Shown here in pieces: positions 17,710 through 25,900 of a stretch of 37,066 nt of DNA. Source of the stretch: a virus; the IMG/VR virus record IMGVR_UViG_3300045996_001975; one strand, written 5' to 3'. Position 1 is the first letter of the stretch, and each line of letters begins with the position of its first letter. The position numbers were made by a program, and so were the translations under genes. The notes below the pieces were generated by a model. It was not told the origin of the DNA, made no database searches, and saw nothing but the letters and a program-made list of their open reading frames with translations.

Positions 17710-18008
17710 TCCACCGTCCCTTCTCGCAGCAGCTCACCCTCGCTGCTCCACAGCTGCCACGCGCGCCAATCGAAGTCGTCGCGCAGTACCACCTGCACCC
17801 CGAACACCCACCACGAGTCCCACTCCCGCCCCTGCGCCGGAGTCGACACCATGCGGAACGCTTCGTGGGCCAGGCGCCCCACGAACAGCCGCGCCGGCAT
17901 CGGCCGCGGGGGGCGCATCTGCTCGATCAGCCCCAGCAGCTCGCGGTACATCGGCGCGTCCGGATCGCCATCCCCGTGGTCCCTCTTCTTTACCCAGTCG
18001 CTACTCAT
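17706..18008 (-). CDS. Hypothetical protein (100 aa; start ATG 18008)
   Basis: The sequence starts MSSDWVKKRDHGDGDPDAPMYRELLGLIEQ... The track extension to 18101 is Arg-rich and overlaps a better small ORF in another frame. Confidence 0.5.
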   Translation of the reverse strand: MSSDWVKKRDHGDGDPDAPMYRELLGLIEQMRPPRPMPARLFVGRLAHEAFRMVSTPAQGREWDSWWVFGVQVVLRDDFDWRAWQLWSSEGELLREGTVE

Positions 18009-18094
18009 CGAATCACCCATTCGAACAACACGTAGCCGACGGTGATGCCGAAGGACAGCCCACTGAGCCACGTCCAAACGAATGCTTTTCTCAT
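18005..18094 (-). CDS. Unlisted 29-aa transmembrane micro-ORF
   Basis: ATG 18094 lies 6 nt after a TAGGAT -10 box. Sequence: MRKAFVWTWLSGLSFGITVGYVLFEWVIR. Its TGA overlaps the next ATG (ATGA at 18005-18008). Confidence 0.4.
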   Translation of the reverse strand: MRKAFVWTWLSGLSFGITVGYVLFEWVIR

Positions 18095-18100
18095 GACGCA

Positions 18101-18129
18101 ATCCTACCGCACCTTCACTGTAATTACAA
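18101..18129 (-). promoter_or_regulatory. Predicted sigma-70-type promoter with a leaderless start (TTGTAA-17-TAGGAT-6-ATG)
   Basis: On the minus strand the sequence is TTGTAAttacagtgaaggtgcggTAGGATtgcgtcATG. The -35 box overlaps the stop of the upstream HTH gene. Confidence 0.45.
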
Positions 18130-18666
18130 CTTGTCGACGTCCACGCCCTCGAGCCGAAGCGTCGCTTTCTCCCCGGCCACGGTGACCTGCACGCGGGACG
18201 GCAGCTGGCCCAGCTCTTCGGCGATCGAGCGCAGGGCCCGGTCCCTGGCCTTCAGTAGCCGCGCGAGAACGTCGCTGGTGTCGGCCGTCAGCATGATGGG
18301 CCCGTCAGGGTGCTCGCCATCGAGCAAGCTGCGCAGCGAGTCGGCGTCGACCATGCGCCCAGTTTCGAGCGCCTCGATCTGATCGTCCAGCAACTCGACG
18401 GCATCCTGGTACGCGGCCACCCGGGCGGTCTTCTTGGCCGCCCAGAGTCCGGCGAACTCATCAGTCATGTCCTCGCGGTAGCGCTGGATCTGCACGCGCC
18501 AGCGCTGCTGGAACTGACTGATAGCCGATTGCGTCACCCCGTACTCAGCCGCCAGCTCGGATTGCGTCTTCTGCCCCAGCGCCAACTCACGCTGTAGCTG
18601 CACGCGCGTGTACGGGCGCGACAGGACGAACCTGACGCGCCCGGCGCGCTCTTCTTTCTCGCTCAC
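18124..18666 (-). CDS. HTH DNA-binding protein, possible terminase small subunit (180 aa)
   Basis: HTH motif KTQSELAAEYGVTQSAISQF followed by a coiled-coil region. It lies upstream of TerL with four or five tiny genes between them. Confidence 0.45.
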   Translation of the reverse strand: MSEKEERAGRVRFVLSRPYTRVQLQRELALGQKTQSELAAEYGVTQSAISQFQQRWRVQIQRYREDMTDEFAGLWAAKKTARVAAYQDAVELLDDQIEALETGRMVDADSLRSLLDGEHPDGPIMLTADTSDVLARLLKARDRALRSIAEELGQLPSRVQVTVAGEKATLRLEGVDVDKL

Positions 18667-18678
18667 CCCGCGATCATC

Positions 18679-19368
18679 TCACCCCGCGCGGCCGAGCCCC
18701 TGCACCTCGGCCGCGGCTTCCACCATCAGCTCGGACATCCGCCGCCGCGATCCGTTGATCACCTTCATGTAGGCCAACTGCCCCGCACTCAGGCCGGCCC
18801 GGTACGCGGCCAGCAGCTCTTTGCGCACGACTCCGGCCGGCGCAACCGTCAGGACATCGAGCTTCTCCATCGCCGCCGACAGGTCGAAGCTGGGCATGAC
18901 CAGCGCCGGGCCCACGCGCATATCCTCGCCAGTCCGGGCGACCAACGCCCGGCAGTCAGGGCACGTCGCGACGTGTGCCCGCCAGAAAGCCTCACCCTCT
19001 TCGTGCCTGGCCGAGCAGGAGCACTCGCCCGGCCCGCAGCACTCCCCGTAGCACGGTTCGTAGGTGTCGCAACAGCATTCGCCGCGCGGTACCGGGTCGA
19101 ACGAATTGCGAAGGCAGCCAGGAAACAGGCAGTAGGCCTTTCCGTCGTCCCACTCCACGGTCTTGTACCGCGGCGCACGCCGGGCGGTGCCGCCCGTGTG
19201 GCCAACGACCGGACAACGCCAGTCGCGCCACTCCAGGTGCAACCCGTCCGGCCCGGCGCCCGCGTGGCGCACCTGCAAGCCGCCCCGCAGCGTCGTCCAG
19301 TCCTGGCCATGGAACACCGCGCGGCCAGCCACGCGACCGTTCGCGGTTGACGTGTCATCAGTCGACAT
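18679..19368 (-). CDS. Cysteine-rich hypothetical protein (229 aa)
   Basis: Dense Cys cluster: CLFPGC...ECCCDTYEPCYGECCGPGECSC...CPDC. ATGA overlap at 19368. Confidence 0.6.
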   Translation of the reverse strand: MSTDDTSTANGRVAGRAVFHGQDWTTLRGGLQVRHAGAGPDGLHLEWRDWRCPVVGHTGGTARRAPRYKTVEWDDGKAYCLFPGCLRNSFDPVPRGECCCDTYEPCYGECCGPGECSCSARHEEGEAFWRAHVATCPDCRALVARTGEDMRVGPALVMPSFDLSAAMEKLDVLTVAPAGVVRKELLAAYRAGLSAGQLAYMKVINGSRRRMSELMVEAAAEVQGLGRAG

Positions 19369-20012
19369 CAGGTCTTTACCTCCATTTGGTCCGATTTAAC
19401 ACTAAGTGCCAGTTTGTATACCTTGTCGATACCGACCGACGCAGGCAGCGCGCCCTGCCACCACCACCACGCGCCATCGGTGCGGCCGTCCCGCCACACC
19501 GCGACGGTGCGCTCGAGGAACTGCCCGCACAGCCGCCGGGCTCGGACGGACACGAACTCGGCCAGCTCATCGCGGTCGGCCATCTTGCCGTCCGCGCCCT
19601 GGCGGCGCCGTCGCGTCCACGCCTTGCTATAGACCACCGCGAACACGTCCCAGCCGTCCCCTCGCAGGGCGGTCAGAAACTTCAGCGCCTCCCTCGGCAC
19701 CTCCGAGCCGCTGGCCGCCCGGCCGCGCACAGTGCCGACGGTCGGCAACGGCTCGACGTGATCGCGCCCCTCGCGCTCGCCACGCAGTTGTTCAGCGATC
19801 TCGCGGTGCACCTGTCGCGTCGCCCGCCACCACGCGTCGTCGGTGGCGCCGTACTTCTCCCAGAGCGCGTACAGCCGCACAGTGCTGGGGGTGGGGTCTG
19901 CGATGTCGCGCAGCCCCTGATGGCGCAACGGGACGCCGATGGGCCAGTCGACCCAGAGCAGCGTCCCGTCCGGGCCGAAGACGATAGCCCGAGCGTCATT
20001 CAGAAGTGACAT
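19368..20012 (-). CDS. Hypothetical protein (214 aa; start ATG 20012)
   Basis: The sequence starts MSLLNDARAIVFGPDGTLLWVDW... The track extension is Arg/Ser/Pro-rich. Confidence 0.55.
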   Translation of the reverse strand: MSLLNDARAIVFGPDGTLLWVDWPIGVPLRHQGLRDIADPTPSTVRLYALWEKYGATDDAWWRATRQVHREIAEQLRGEREGRDHVEPLPTVGTVRGRAASGSEVPREALKFLTALRGDGWDVFAVVYSKAWTRRRRQGADGKMADRDELAEFVSVRARRLCGQFLERTVAVWRDGRTDGAWWWWQGALPASVGIDKVYKLALSVKSDQMEVKT

Positions 20013-20403
20013 CGGCTCTCGCGGACTCGGCCGCCTGGCGCCAGAACTCATCGAGAGCCGCACGGCCCTGCCCGTCCAGCTTCACCCATTCACGGATCGC
20101 CGCGGTCAGGCCTTCGATCGATTCGGCCAGCCGGGTCAAATCGCTCTTCGCGCCAGCGCCCAGCGCCGACCCCTCGGGCAACTCCACCACCGAAATGCAC
20201 CCACCGCCAAAGCAGCCATCACCATACCCCTCCAAGTGCACTACCCACTTGCTCAGGGTGGTGTACCAGGACGATGCAGCGACCGCCTCGCTCGCAGTAC
20301 GCGCAACAATCACCTGATTGCCACCGATCCCCGTGTTGTCAAACGTCACCAACGTACCGATCGGGTATCGCGCGTTCCACTCGTCCACCGTCAGATCGCT
20401 CAT
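19996..20403 (-). CDS. Hypothetical protein (135 aa; start ATG 20403)
   Basis: ATGA overlap with the RusA stop (20403-20405). The sequence starts MSDLTVDEWNARYPIG... Confidence 0.55.
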   Translation of the reverse strand: MSDLTVDEWNARYPIGTLVTFDNTGIGGNQVIVARTASEAVAASSWYTTLSKWVVHLEGYGDGCFGGGCISVVELPEGSALGAGAKSDLTRLAESIEGLTAAIREWVKLDGQGRAALDEFWRQAAESARADVTSE

Positions 20404-20900
20404 CAGACACTCTCCACTTTGCACAGTAGGCCGGCACTCTCGCCGCGATCGTCGTCTGCCCAGCGCTTACGCGCGTTCAGCGCTACCACCTGAGAGTCGT
20501 CGCCATACACTCTAGCTACAGTGAGTGCGTCGAGCAAGGTACGCGATATCTTGTCGATATCACCATACGTGCGCGCGATCGGCTTGATCCCATAGGGACC
20601 ACGCTTCGGCGTATCGAACAGAAACTCTGCCGTCACGCTCACCCCGTCCACACCGTACGGTGGCCGCACCCTGTCCGACTGGCGATACCGCGCGTTGGCA
20701 ACCTCGGCCACCTGGCGCTGCCAGTCGGTCAACGTCTCCTCGCTGGACATATAGGTGCGCACGCCGTCCTTCAGCGAGCACAGCCCGCACTCAGCGTTGT
20801 TGTGACGCACGCACCGCACCATCGGTTTGTACGATCCCTTAGGGCGCGGCTTGCCCGGAACCCAGAACTCAACCAGTAGCACTACGACTCCACCTTCCAC
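20403..20900 (-). CDS. rusA: RusA-like Holliday junction resolvase (160-165 aa)
   Basis: Motifs VPGKPRPKGS ... GDIDKISRTLLDALT...YGDDSQVV match the RusA catalytic Asp pattern. The alternative start GTG 20882 overlaps the upstream stop. Confidence 0.7.
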   Translation of the reverse strand: MEGGVVVLLVEFWVPGKPRPKGSYKPMVRCVRHNNAECGLCSLKDGVRTYMSSEETLTDWQRQVAEVANARYRQSDRVRPPYGVDGVSVTAEFLFDTPKRGPYGIKPIARTYGDIDKISRTLLDALTVARVYGDDSQVVALNARKRWADDDRGESAGLLCKVESV

Positions 20901-21127
20901 GCGCTAACGGGTATCCAGCGCTCGTCCACCTTGACGTAGCAGGAGCCGTCCAGTGCCGGCCCAACCCATTTGGTCTCGTTGCCCGTCGTCTCGCCAAGGC
21001 GAGCACACGCGCGCTCCGCCGACCGGTTGCTGAAGTACACCCCCGCCATCGTTCCGCCGACAACGAACGCCACGACAGCAAACGTCACCGTCACCAGACC
21101 CTTCCATGAAATCCAGAAGTCTCCCAT
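20882..21127 (-). CDS. Small membrane protein (81 aa)
   Basis: One TM helix (LVTVTFAVVAFVVGGTMAGVYF). The ATG lies 6 nt after a TAGAGT -10 box. Confidence 0.6.
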   Translation of the reverse strand: MGDFWISWKGLVTVTFAVVAFVVGGTMAGVYFSNRSAERACARLGETTGNETKWVGPALDGSCYVKVDERWIPVSAWKVES

Positions 21128-21133
21128 GACCCT

Positions 21134-21163
21134 ACTCTATCACACTGCACATACATTGCACAA
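21134..21163 (-). promoter_or_regulatory. Predicted promoter with a leaderless start (TTGTGC-18-TAGAGT-6-ATG)
   Basis: On the minus strand the sequence is TTGTGCaatgtatgtgcagtgtgaTAGAGTagggtcATG. It lies directly after the helicase stop. Confidence 0.45.
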
Positions 21164-22891
21164 TCAGCGTGCGTACGAGATGCGCGCGTCCAGCCGCGCG
21201 CTGGCCCTGCGGATCAGGATCGCGTCGTTGACGTCGCCGCACCGCATGTCGGCGGTGACCACGATGCCATGCTCCCGTGCCGTCGCCTTCAGTCGCGCGC
21301 TGGGCTTCTGCTTGCGCCACCGCGCGTCGCGCACCGTCAGCATCTGCTCGTGGCCGGTCACGTTGGCCTCCCCGTAGCTCATCGCATACGACATGTCCTG
21401 CACCCCACGCTCGATACCCCAGGACACACCCGGGGTTGGCGAAGCGCGAATGACCATCCACCCCCCGGTCGGGTCGGGAATGATGGCGATGAGGTCGAGT
21501 CCCGCCGGCAGAAACCAGATGCCGCCATCGGTCTGAAGCCATGCCGCGTGCGAGGTGCCGAACAGGTCGACATACTCCGACACCAGCCGACCATCGCGAT
21601 ACTCCACAATGGAGTCATCTGTCGACTCTCCGTCGACAAGCAGATCGTCCAGCCCCGGCTCGTCCTCGACCAGCAGCCCATCCACCGTGTCGGTAGCTTC
21701 TTCCACGTCGGACAGGTCCAACGCGGCGAGGGAGGCCAGGCGCATCCGCTTGGACACTCCGACGACGTCAAGTACGAGCGCGTTGCGCTTGCCGGGCCAC
21801 GGCCTCAGGACGCGGCCGGCCATCTGGATGTAGAGCCCGCGGCTCTTCGTCGGCCGAGCGATCACGCAGACCTCGGCCATCGGCAAATCGGTACCTTCGG
21901 TCAGAACCATGCAGTTGGTGAGCCACTGGACCTTTCCGGCGCGGAAGGCCTCGAGGGTCGCCCGACGCTCGTCCATCGGCTGCCGGCCCGTCACCACGGC
22001 CGCCGGCAAGCCGGCCTCATTGAGCCGCTGGGCCATCAGTTCGGCGAAGTCGACGGTGGGGGCGAAGAGGATGCCCTGGCGCCCCTCAGCGTGATTCTGG
22101 ATGGCTTCGACGATGCGGTCGGGCGCCATCGAGTCGGTCATCGCCCGACCCAGGTCTCCGTCCGCGAAGTCCCCGCGGCTGCGCTTCACGGTGTCCAGGT
22201 CGAGATCGTCGATCCGAACGTGAATACCTCTCGGCTTGACCAGGTACCCATCGTCGATCAGCGGCTTGATCGGGATCTCAAACGCCAGCTCTTGCCAGAC
22301 GTCGCCGAGCTTCGCGCCGTCGGCCCGCTCCATCGTGGCGGTGACGCCCAGCGCCAACGCCCCGCCGGTCGTGAAGCAGCCCAGCCCTTCCATAACCCTG
22401 CGATAGCTCGGCGCGGTCGCGTGGTGACCCTCATCGACCACCAGTAGCCCGACATTCTTCAGCCGCGCCAGCCGCTTCGGATTGGCCACCGTCTGCACGC
22501 TGGCGTAGACCACCCGGGCGTGCGACTCGTCCCGCCCAGCCGCCACCACACCGGCCCGCAGGTGGGGCGCGACGGAAGCCAGCTTGGCCATCGCCTGCCC
22601 CAGCAGCTCGTCACGGTGGGCCAGCAGGACCGTGCGCCGGCACCCCCGGGCGTGCGCCCGCTCGATCACCGAGGAGAAGATCACCGTCTTGCCGGCCCCC
22701 GTCGGGGCCACCGCCCCGAGCCGCTGCACCCCGCGGTCCCAGCCCGCGAAGACGGAATCCACGGCGTCAGCCTGGTACGGCCGTAGCGCCAGCCCGGTCA
22801 CAGAACCCGCTCGATCCCCGACACCGCGTACCAGCCGGTAGCGCCCCTCCGCCACTCTTCGCCACAGACGGCCACCGCGCACGGCTCCCAT
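21164..22891 (-). CDS. SF2 DEAD/DEAH-type DNA helicase (575 aa as listed; likely start GTG 22801, giving 545 aa)
   Basis: Motifs LRPYQ, APTGAGKT (I), VVDEGHH (II), TATMER (III) and QMAGRVLR (VI). GTG 22801 overlaps the upstream stop as GTGA. Confidence 0.85.
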   Translation of the reverse strand: MGAVRGGRLWRRVAEGRYRLVRGVGDRAGSVTGLALRPYQADAVDSVFAGWDRGVQRLGAVAPTGAGKTVIFSSVIERAHARGCRRTVLLAHRDELLGQAMAKLASVAPHLRAGVVAAGRDESHARVVYASVQTVANPKRLARLKNVGLLVVDEGHHATAPSYRRVMEGLGCFTTGGALALGVTATMERADGAKLGDVWQELAFEIPIKPLIDDGYLVKPRGIHVRIDDLDLDTVKRSRGDFADGDLGRAMTDSMAPDRIVEAIQNHAEGRQGILFAPTVDFAELMAQRLNEAGLPAAVVTGRQPMDERRATLEAFRAGKVQWLTNCMVLTEGTDLPMAEVCVIARPTKSRGLYIQMAGRVLRPWPGKRNALVLDVVGVSKRMRLASLAALDLSDVEEATDTVDGLLVEDEPGLDDLLVDGESTDDSIVEYRDGRLVSEYVDLFGTSHAAWLQTDGGIWFLPAGLDLIAIIPDPTGGWMVIRASPTPGVSWGIERGVQDMSYAMSYGEANVTGHEQMLTVRDARWRKQKPSARLKATAREHGIVVTADMRCGDVNDAILIRRASARLDARISYAR

Positions 22892-23127
22892 AGCGCCTCG
22901 CCATCATGCTCCGGACCATGCTCGCCCTTCCCCGTGCGCACCACCCGACGCCACCCCCCAAGCCGAACGAGAGCTTCGCGGCCACGAGCGATCGTCAGCG
23001 CCTCCATCAACGCTTCCGACATCGAGACTCGCCCGTTCGGCTCTTCGGCCATGCGCTCACCGGTGTAGCGACGCAGATCCGCCGCAGCCTCTTCGGTCAG
23101 TCTGATGCTCGTAAACACCTTCGCCAT
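22798..23127 (-). CDS. Ribbon-helix-helix (CopG/Arc-like) domain protein (109 aa)
   Basis: N terminus VFTSIRLTEEAAADLRRY...VSMSEALMEALTIA fits a beta-alpha-alpha RHH. The gene sits directly downstream of the palindrome array. Confidence 0.55.
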   Translation of the reverse strand: MAKVFTSIRLTEEAAADLRRYTGERMAEEPNGRVSMSEALMEALTIARGREALVRLGGWRRVVRTGKGEHGPEHDGEALWEPCAVAVCGEEWRRGATGWYAVSGIERVL

Positions 23128-23133
23128 GCCACA

Positions 23134-23142
23134 AGTGTAGCA
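23134..23142 (-). promoter_or_regulatory. Extended -10 promoter element TGCTACACT, leaderless (6 nt to ATG 23127)
   Basis: On the minus strand the sequence is ctgTGCTACACTtgtggcATG. There is no good -35 box at 17-18 nt, so the promoter may depend on an activator bound to the upstream palindromes. Confidence 0.4.
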
Positions 23143-23180
23143 CAGTTTTTCTTCTTACCTATCGTCAATCGACCCTCGGC

Positions 23181-23380
23181 GTTCACAGCCTCTGGGTCTC
23201 AGAAACCCAGAGGGCTGTGAACCGTACGCCCTGCTGGTTCACAGCTTGTGAACCGCTGTGAACTTTTTCGCGTTTCCCCTGGTCAGACGTTTTTCGGCTA
23301 GTTCACAGCCTGTGAACGTGAGTGACTTTCGCGTTCACACGGCTTGTGAACTACTGGCCAGTAGTTCACAGCTTGTGAAC
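23181..23380. repeat. Array of five GTTCACA...TGTGAAC palindromes with T-rich spacers (candidate replication origin or operator array)
   Basis: 17-mers GTTCACAGC(C/T)TGTGAAC lie at 23237-23253, 23301-23317 and 23364-23380. A 19-nt variant lies at 23333-23351. A 42-nt hairpin with the same outer arms lies at 23181-22222 shifted, i.e. 23181-23222, and an extra half-site at 23256-23263. A 14-nt palindrome CTACTGGCCAGTAG lies at 23351-23364. T5-T6 runs flank the repeats. Confidence 0.75.
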
Positions 23381-23404
23381 TCACGCTCTGTAGTTTTTTC
23401 GCAT

Positions 23405-25465
23405 TTAAGGAGAGGGGGTCAGCCATGATCCATCTCCGCCCCCGTCGCCGCCGAACCCGGACCATCTGTCGAATTTCGCCTTGTCCGCCCACTTCTGACC
23501 ATTCCGGACAACCAGCCCCTTCTCCAGCAAGCCGCCCATGGTCCCCTCGCGGGTCAGCGCGTAGGTCAACGTCGACTTGCCCATGGGGCCCCGGCCGTGC
23601 GCCTTGCGGAATTCGTTGATCTTGCCGAGGATGACCGACTGCGTCTCCCCTTCGGGTAGGCCGACCTCCCGCAGGACGTGCAGCACTTCAGCCTGTATCT
23701 CGGTGGGGGCGGCCCGGTACTCCATCTCCGGCAGCCGCGCCGGCCCTTCCTGGTCGTACACCAGGGTCAGCGAGGAGCGGGCCCCGTGCGCGTCCGCCGG
23801 CAGCGCCACCACCGTCAGCGCCAGCCCCCACTCCAGGTCGTCGCGGCCGTCCTTGGACTTCTCGCACCGCAGGCGCGCGCGCATCTCGCCCTTCGGCCCG
23901 ATCCGTTCGATCTTCCACTCCATGTCCTGCGCGGCGTCGATGGCGCTGGCGCCCCGGGCGTCGCCGCCCCCGCGCCCCGTGTGGTGCACGACCAGCACGC
24001 AGGCGCCGCACGCCTCCCGGAGCGCGGACACCGCGGCGATCCACTGCCCCATCTGTCCGTTGTCGTTCTCGTTCAGCCCGACCGACAGTCGAGCCTGCGT
24101 GTCCAGGACGACCAACACGGGCCGGTCCTCGGCGGCCAGCTCGATCAGCTCGCGCCACTCCGGCGTCATCGCCACTCCGCCGCCGGCCACCCTGACCGCT
24201 TGCACGGGAAGGGGAAGGATCATCAGCTCGTCCCCGACCGGCCCGTGCCGGCTCTCCCAGGCCTCGATCCGCTGGGCGATGCCGGCCGCCCCCTCGGCGG
24301 CCACGTAGAGCACCACGCCCTGCCGTACCGGCCGGTCGTTCCACAGCTTGCCGGTGGCCACGTGGCAGGCCCAGTCGATGGCCACGAAGCTCTTGCCCGA
24401 CCCGGACGCGCCGATCAGCCACGAGTCGGAGTCGAGGTTGAGCACCCCCTCGATCAGCGGCGCCGGCCGCGGGAGGCGCCCGAGCTCCGAGCGGCGCAGC
24501 AGCTTGCTACGCAGTCCGCCGGACTCCGGTGGTGGCTCGGTAGCCGACGCCGGGAAAGGGGGCACCGCTTGGGGCGGGAGCGCCCCCGGCAGGAACGCCG
24601 CGCGCTGCACGGGCCCCACCGGCTCCACCATCTTGGCCACGCTCTTGACGTCCCACAGCTCAGCCGCCTCGGCCTGACCCAGCCCGGCCCGGGCCAACGC
24701 GTCCAGATAGTGATCCCGGTAGACCTCGGCGTCCACCCCGCCGCCGGCGCACACCTCCCGTATCCGCCGGGCCAGGCGCCACCCCTCATGGTTGCGCCTG
24801 CCCTCGGGCAGCTCGGCCAGCTCGCGCAGCATGCCGCCGACCGCGGCCGCGACATACCCCAGGTTCGGCGCGGCCGGTGCGGCGGGTGCCGGCGCGGTCT
24901 TCGGGGCCGGGCGGATCAGGCTCAAGAGCTGCTCGGCGGGGGCGTACGCGCCCGTCATCATCCCCGGCAGCATGACGTACGGGCCCTTGGCGCTGACGCT
25001 CGGCGGTACCACCACCTGCCCGCCGGTCCCGCGGATGTCGAAACCCGCCGGCAGGCGCCCGGACGAGTTGTTCGGTTCAAAGTCCGTGGGCATCTGGAAG
25101 TACCAGTGATACCCGCCCCCTCCCGTGCGGGTGTGCGGGGGCGGCAGAACGCTTAGGTCAACCGGTCCGGTCGCGTTGGCCGGGTCCCAGTCCAGTACGA
25201 AGATTCCCGACACCGCGCCGGTACGCACCCCCCAGTTGGCGTCCGGGTCTTCGTCGAGCCAGGCTTGCACGTCCGGCCAGCTCGGCGCTGGGCCGCTCTC
25301 CCACCCCGCCCCGACGTTCGGATGCTTGCCGGCGCTCTTGCCGCACTGGGCGCCTCGGCGGCACGTGCAGTGCCCGTCCACGATATGGTGCAAACGCACC
25401 AGGGCCCACCCCCTGGTGTGGTACTCGCGCAGCATGGCCACTACATCTTGTGTATCATCCACCAT
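23405..25465 (-). CDS. Bifunctional primase-polymerase (prim-pol) / AAA (RepA/DnaB-like) replicative protein (686 aa)
   Basis: The N-terminal domain has prim-pol motifs: GKHPNVGAGW, VLDWDP, GGGYHWYF, FDIRGTGGQVVVPPS. The central domain has Walker A GASGSGKS and Walker B VLVVLDT. The C terminus looks like a winged helix. Confidence 0.85.
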   Translation of the reverse strand: MVDDTQDVVAMLREYHTRGWALVRLHHIVDGHCTCRRGAQCGKSAGKHPNVGAGWESGPAPSWPDVQAWLDEDPDANWGVRTGAVSGIFVLDWDPANATGPVDLSVLPPPHTRTGGGGYHWYFQMPTDFEPNNSSGRLPAGFDIRGTGGQVVVPPSVSAKGPYVMLPGMMTGAYAPAEQLLSLIRPAPKTAPAPAAPAAPNLGYVAAAVGGMLRELAELPEGRRNHEGWRLARRIREVCAGGGVDAEVYRDHYLDALARAGLGQAEAAELWDVKSVAKMVEPVGPVQRAAFLPGALPPQAVPPFPASATEPPPESGGLRSKLLRRSELGRLPRPAPLIEGVLNLDSDSWLIGASGSGKSFVAIDWACHVATGKLWNDRPVRQGVVLYVAAEGAAGIAQRIEAWESRHGPVGDELMILPLPVQAVRVAGGGVAMTPEWRELIELAAEDRPVLVVLDTQARLSVGLNENDNGQMGQWIAAVSALREACGACVLVVHHTGRGGGDARGASAIDAAQDMEWKIERIGPKGEMRARLRCEKSKDGRDDLEWGLALTVVALPADAHGARSSLTLVYDQEGPARLPEMEYRAAPTEIQAEVLHVLREVGLPEGETQSVILGKINEFRKAHGRGPMGKSTLTYALTREGTMGGLLEKGLVVRNGQKWADKAKFDRWSGFGGDGGGDGSWLTPSP

Positions 25466-25508
25466 GTACCTCCATCATTCAGTTGTCGTGTCCACCCCGA
25501 CAGCACGC

Positions 25509-25540
25509 GACCCCCGCCCGTCTACAGCGGTGCGGGGGTC
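25509..25540 (-). terminator. GC-rich hairpin between the RHH gene and the primase gene
   Basis: gacccccgc (25509-25517) pairs with gcgggggtc (25532-25540): 9-bp stem, 14-nt loop. It lies 18 nt after the stop at 25558. Confidence 0.4.
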
Positions 25541-25557
25541 GATCGTATCTCCGGGGG

Positions 25558-25893
25558 TTACCGGGCGGCGGCCTTCGCCTTGCGATTGAGCTTGCGCTCG
25601 GCGGCGGCCAGCTCGGCCGGCTCGCACGCGGCCTCGGCGCGGACCAGCGCCTCATCGACCAGGGTGCGGATGAAGTCGCTGCGCAGTACGCCGCGCACGA
25701 GCGCGACGCGGTCGACGCGCCGGAGGACACTGGGACGAAAGTTGACGGTGGTCTGCGCGGACACCGCCTCGATCCCCGCGTCGCCCAACGCCTTACGACC
25801 CCGGCGCACAGGGGCGGCGACGGGGGCGGGCTCGACGGGAGGGGCGGTGCGCGCCGCGCGCTTGCGCGGCGGCTTCATTGTAGTTTCACTCAT
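25558..25893 (-). CDS. Ribbon-helix-helix DNA-binding protein, candidate early regulator (111 aa from ATG 25893; track start GTG 25902)
   Basis: A basic N-terminal tail is followed by TTVNFRPSVLRRVDRVALVRGVLRSDFIRTLVDEAL (RHH pattern). The gene is divergent from the rightward arm. GTG 25902 would lie inside the predicted -10 box. Confidence 0.6.
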   Translation of the reverse strand: MSETTMKPPRKRAARTAPPVEPAPVAAPVRRGRKALGDAGIEAVSAQTTVNFRPSVLRRVDRVALVRGVLRSDFIRTLVDEALVRAEAACEPAELAAAERKLNRKAKAAAR

Positions 25894-25900
25894 GGTCGAC

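Noticed and set aside
19406-20009. Several long plus-strand ORFs (193-344 aa) antisense to the 18.7-20.4 kb genes
   Set aside because: Their composition is Arg/Pro/Ala-dominated. They overlap ATGA-coupled minus-strand genes of normal composition. This is the typical high-GC antisense artefact.
23298-23492. 64-aa minus-strand ORF covering the iteron region
   Set aside because: It is built from the palindromic repeats, overlaps the end of the primase gene, has no SD, and its sequence is Arg-rich. The region is better explained as non-coding repeats.
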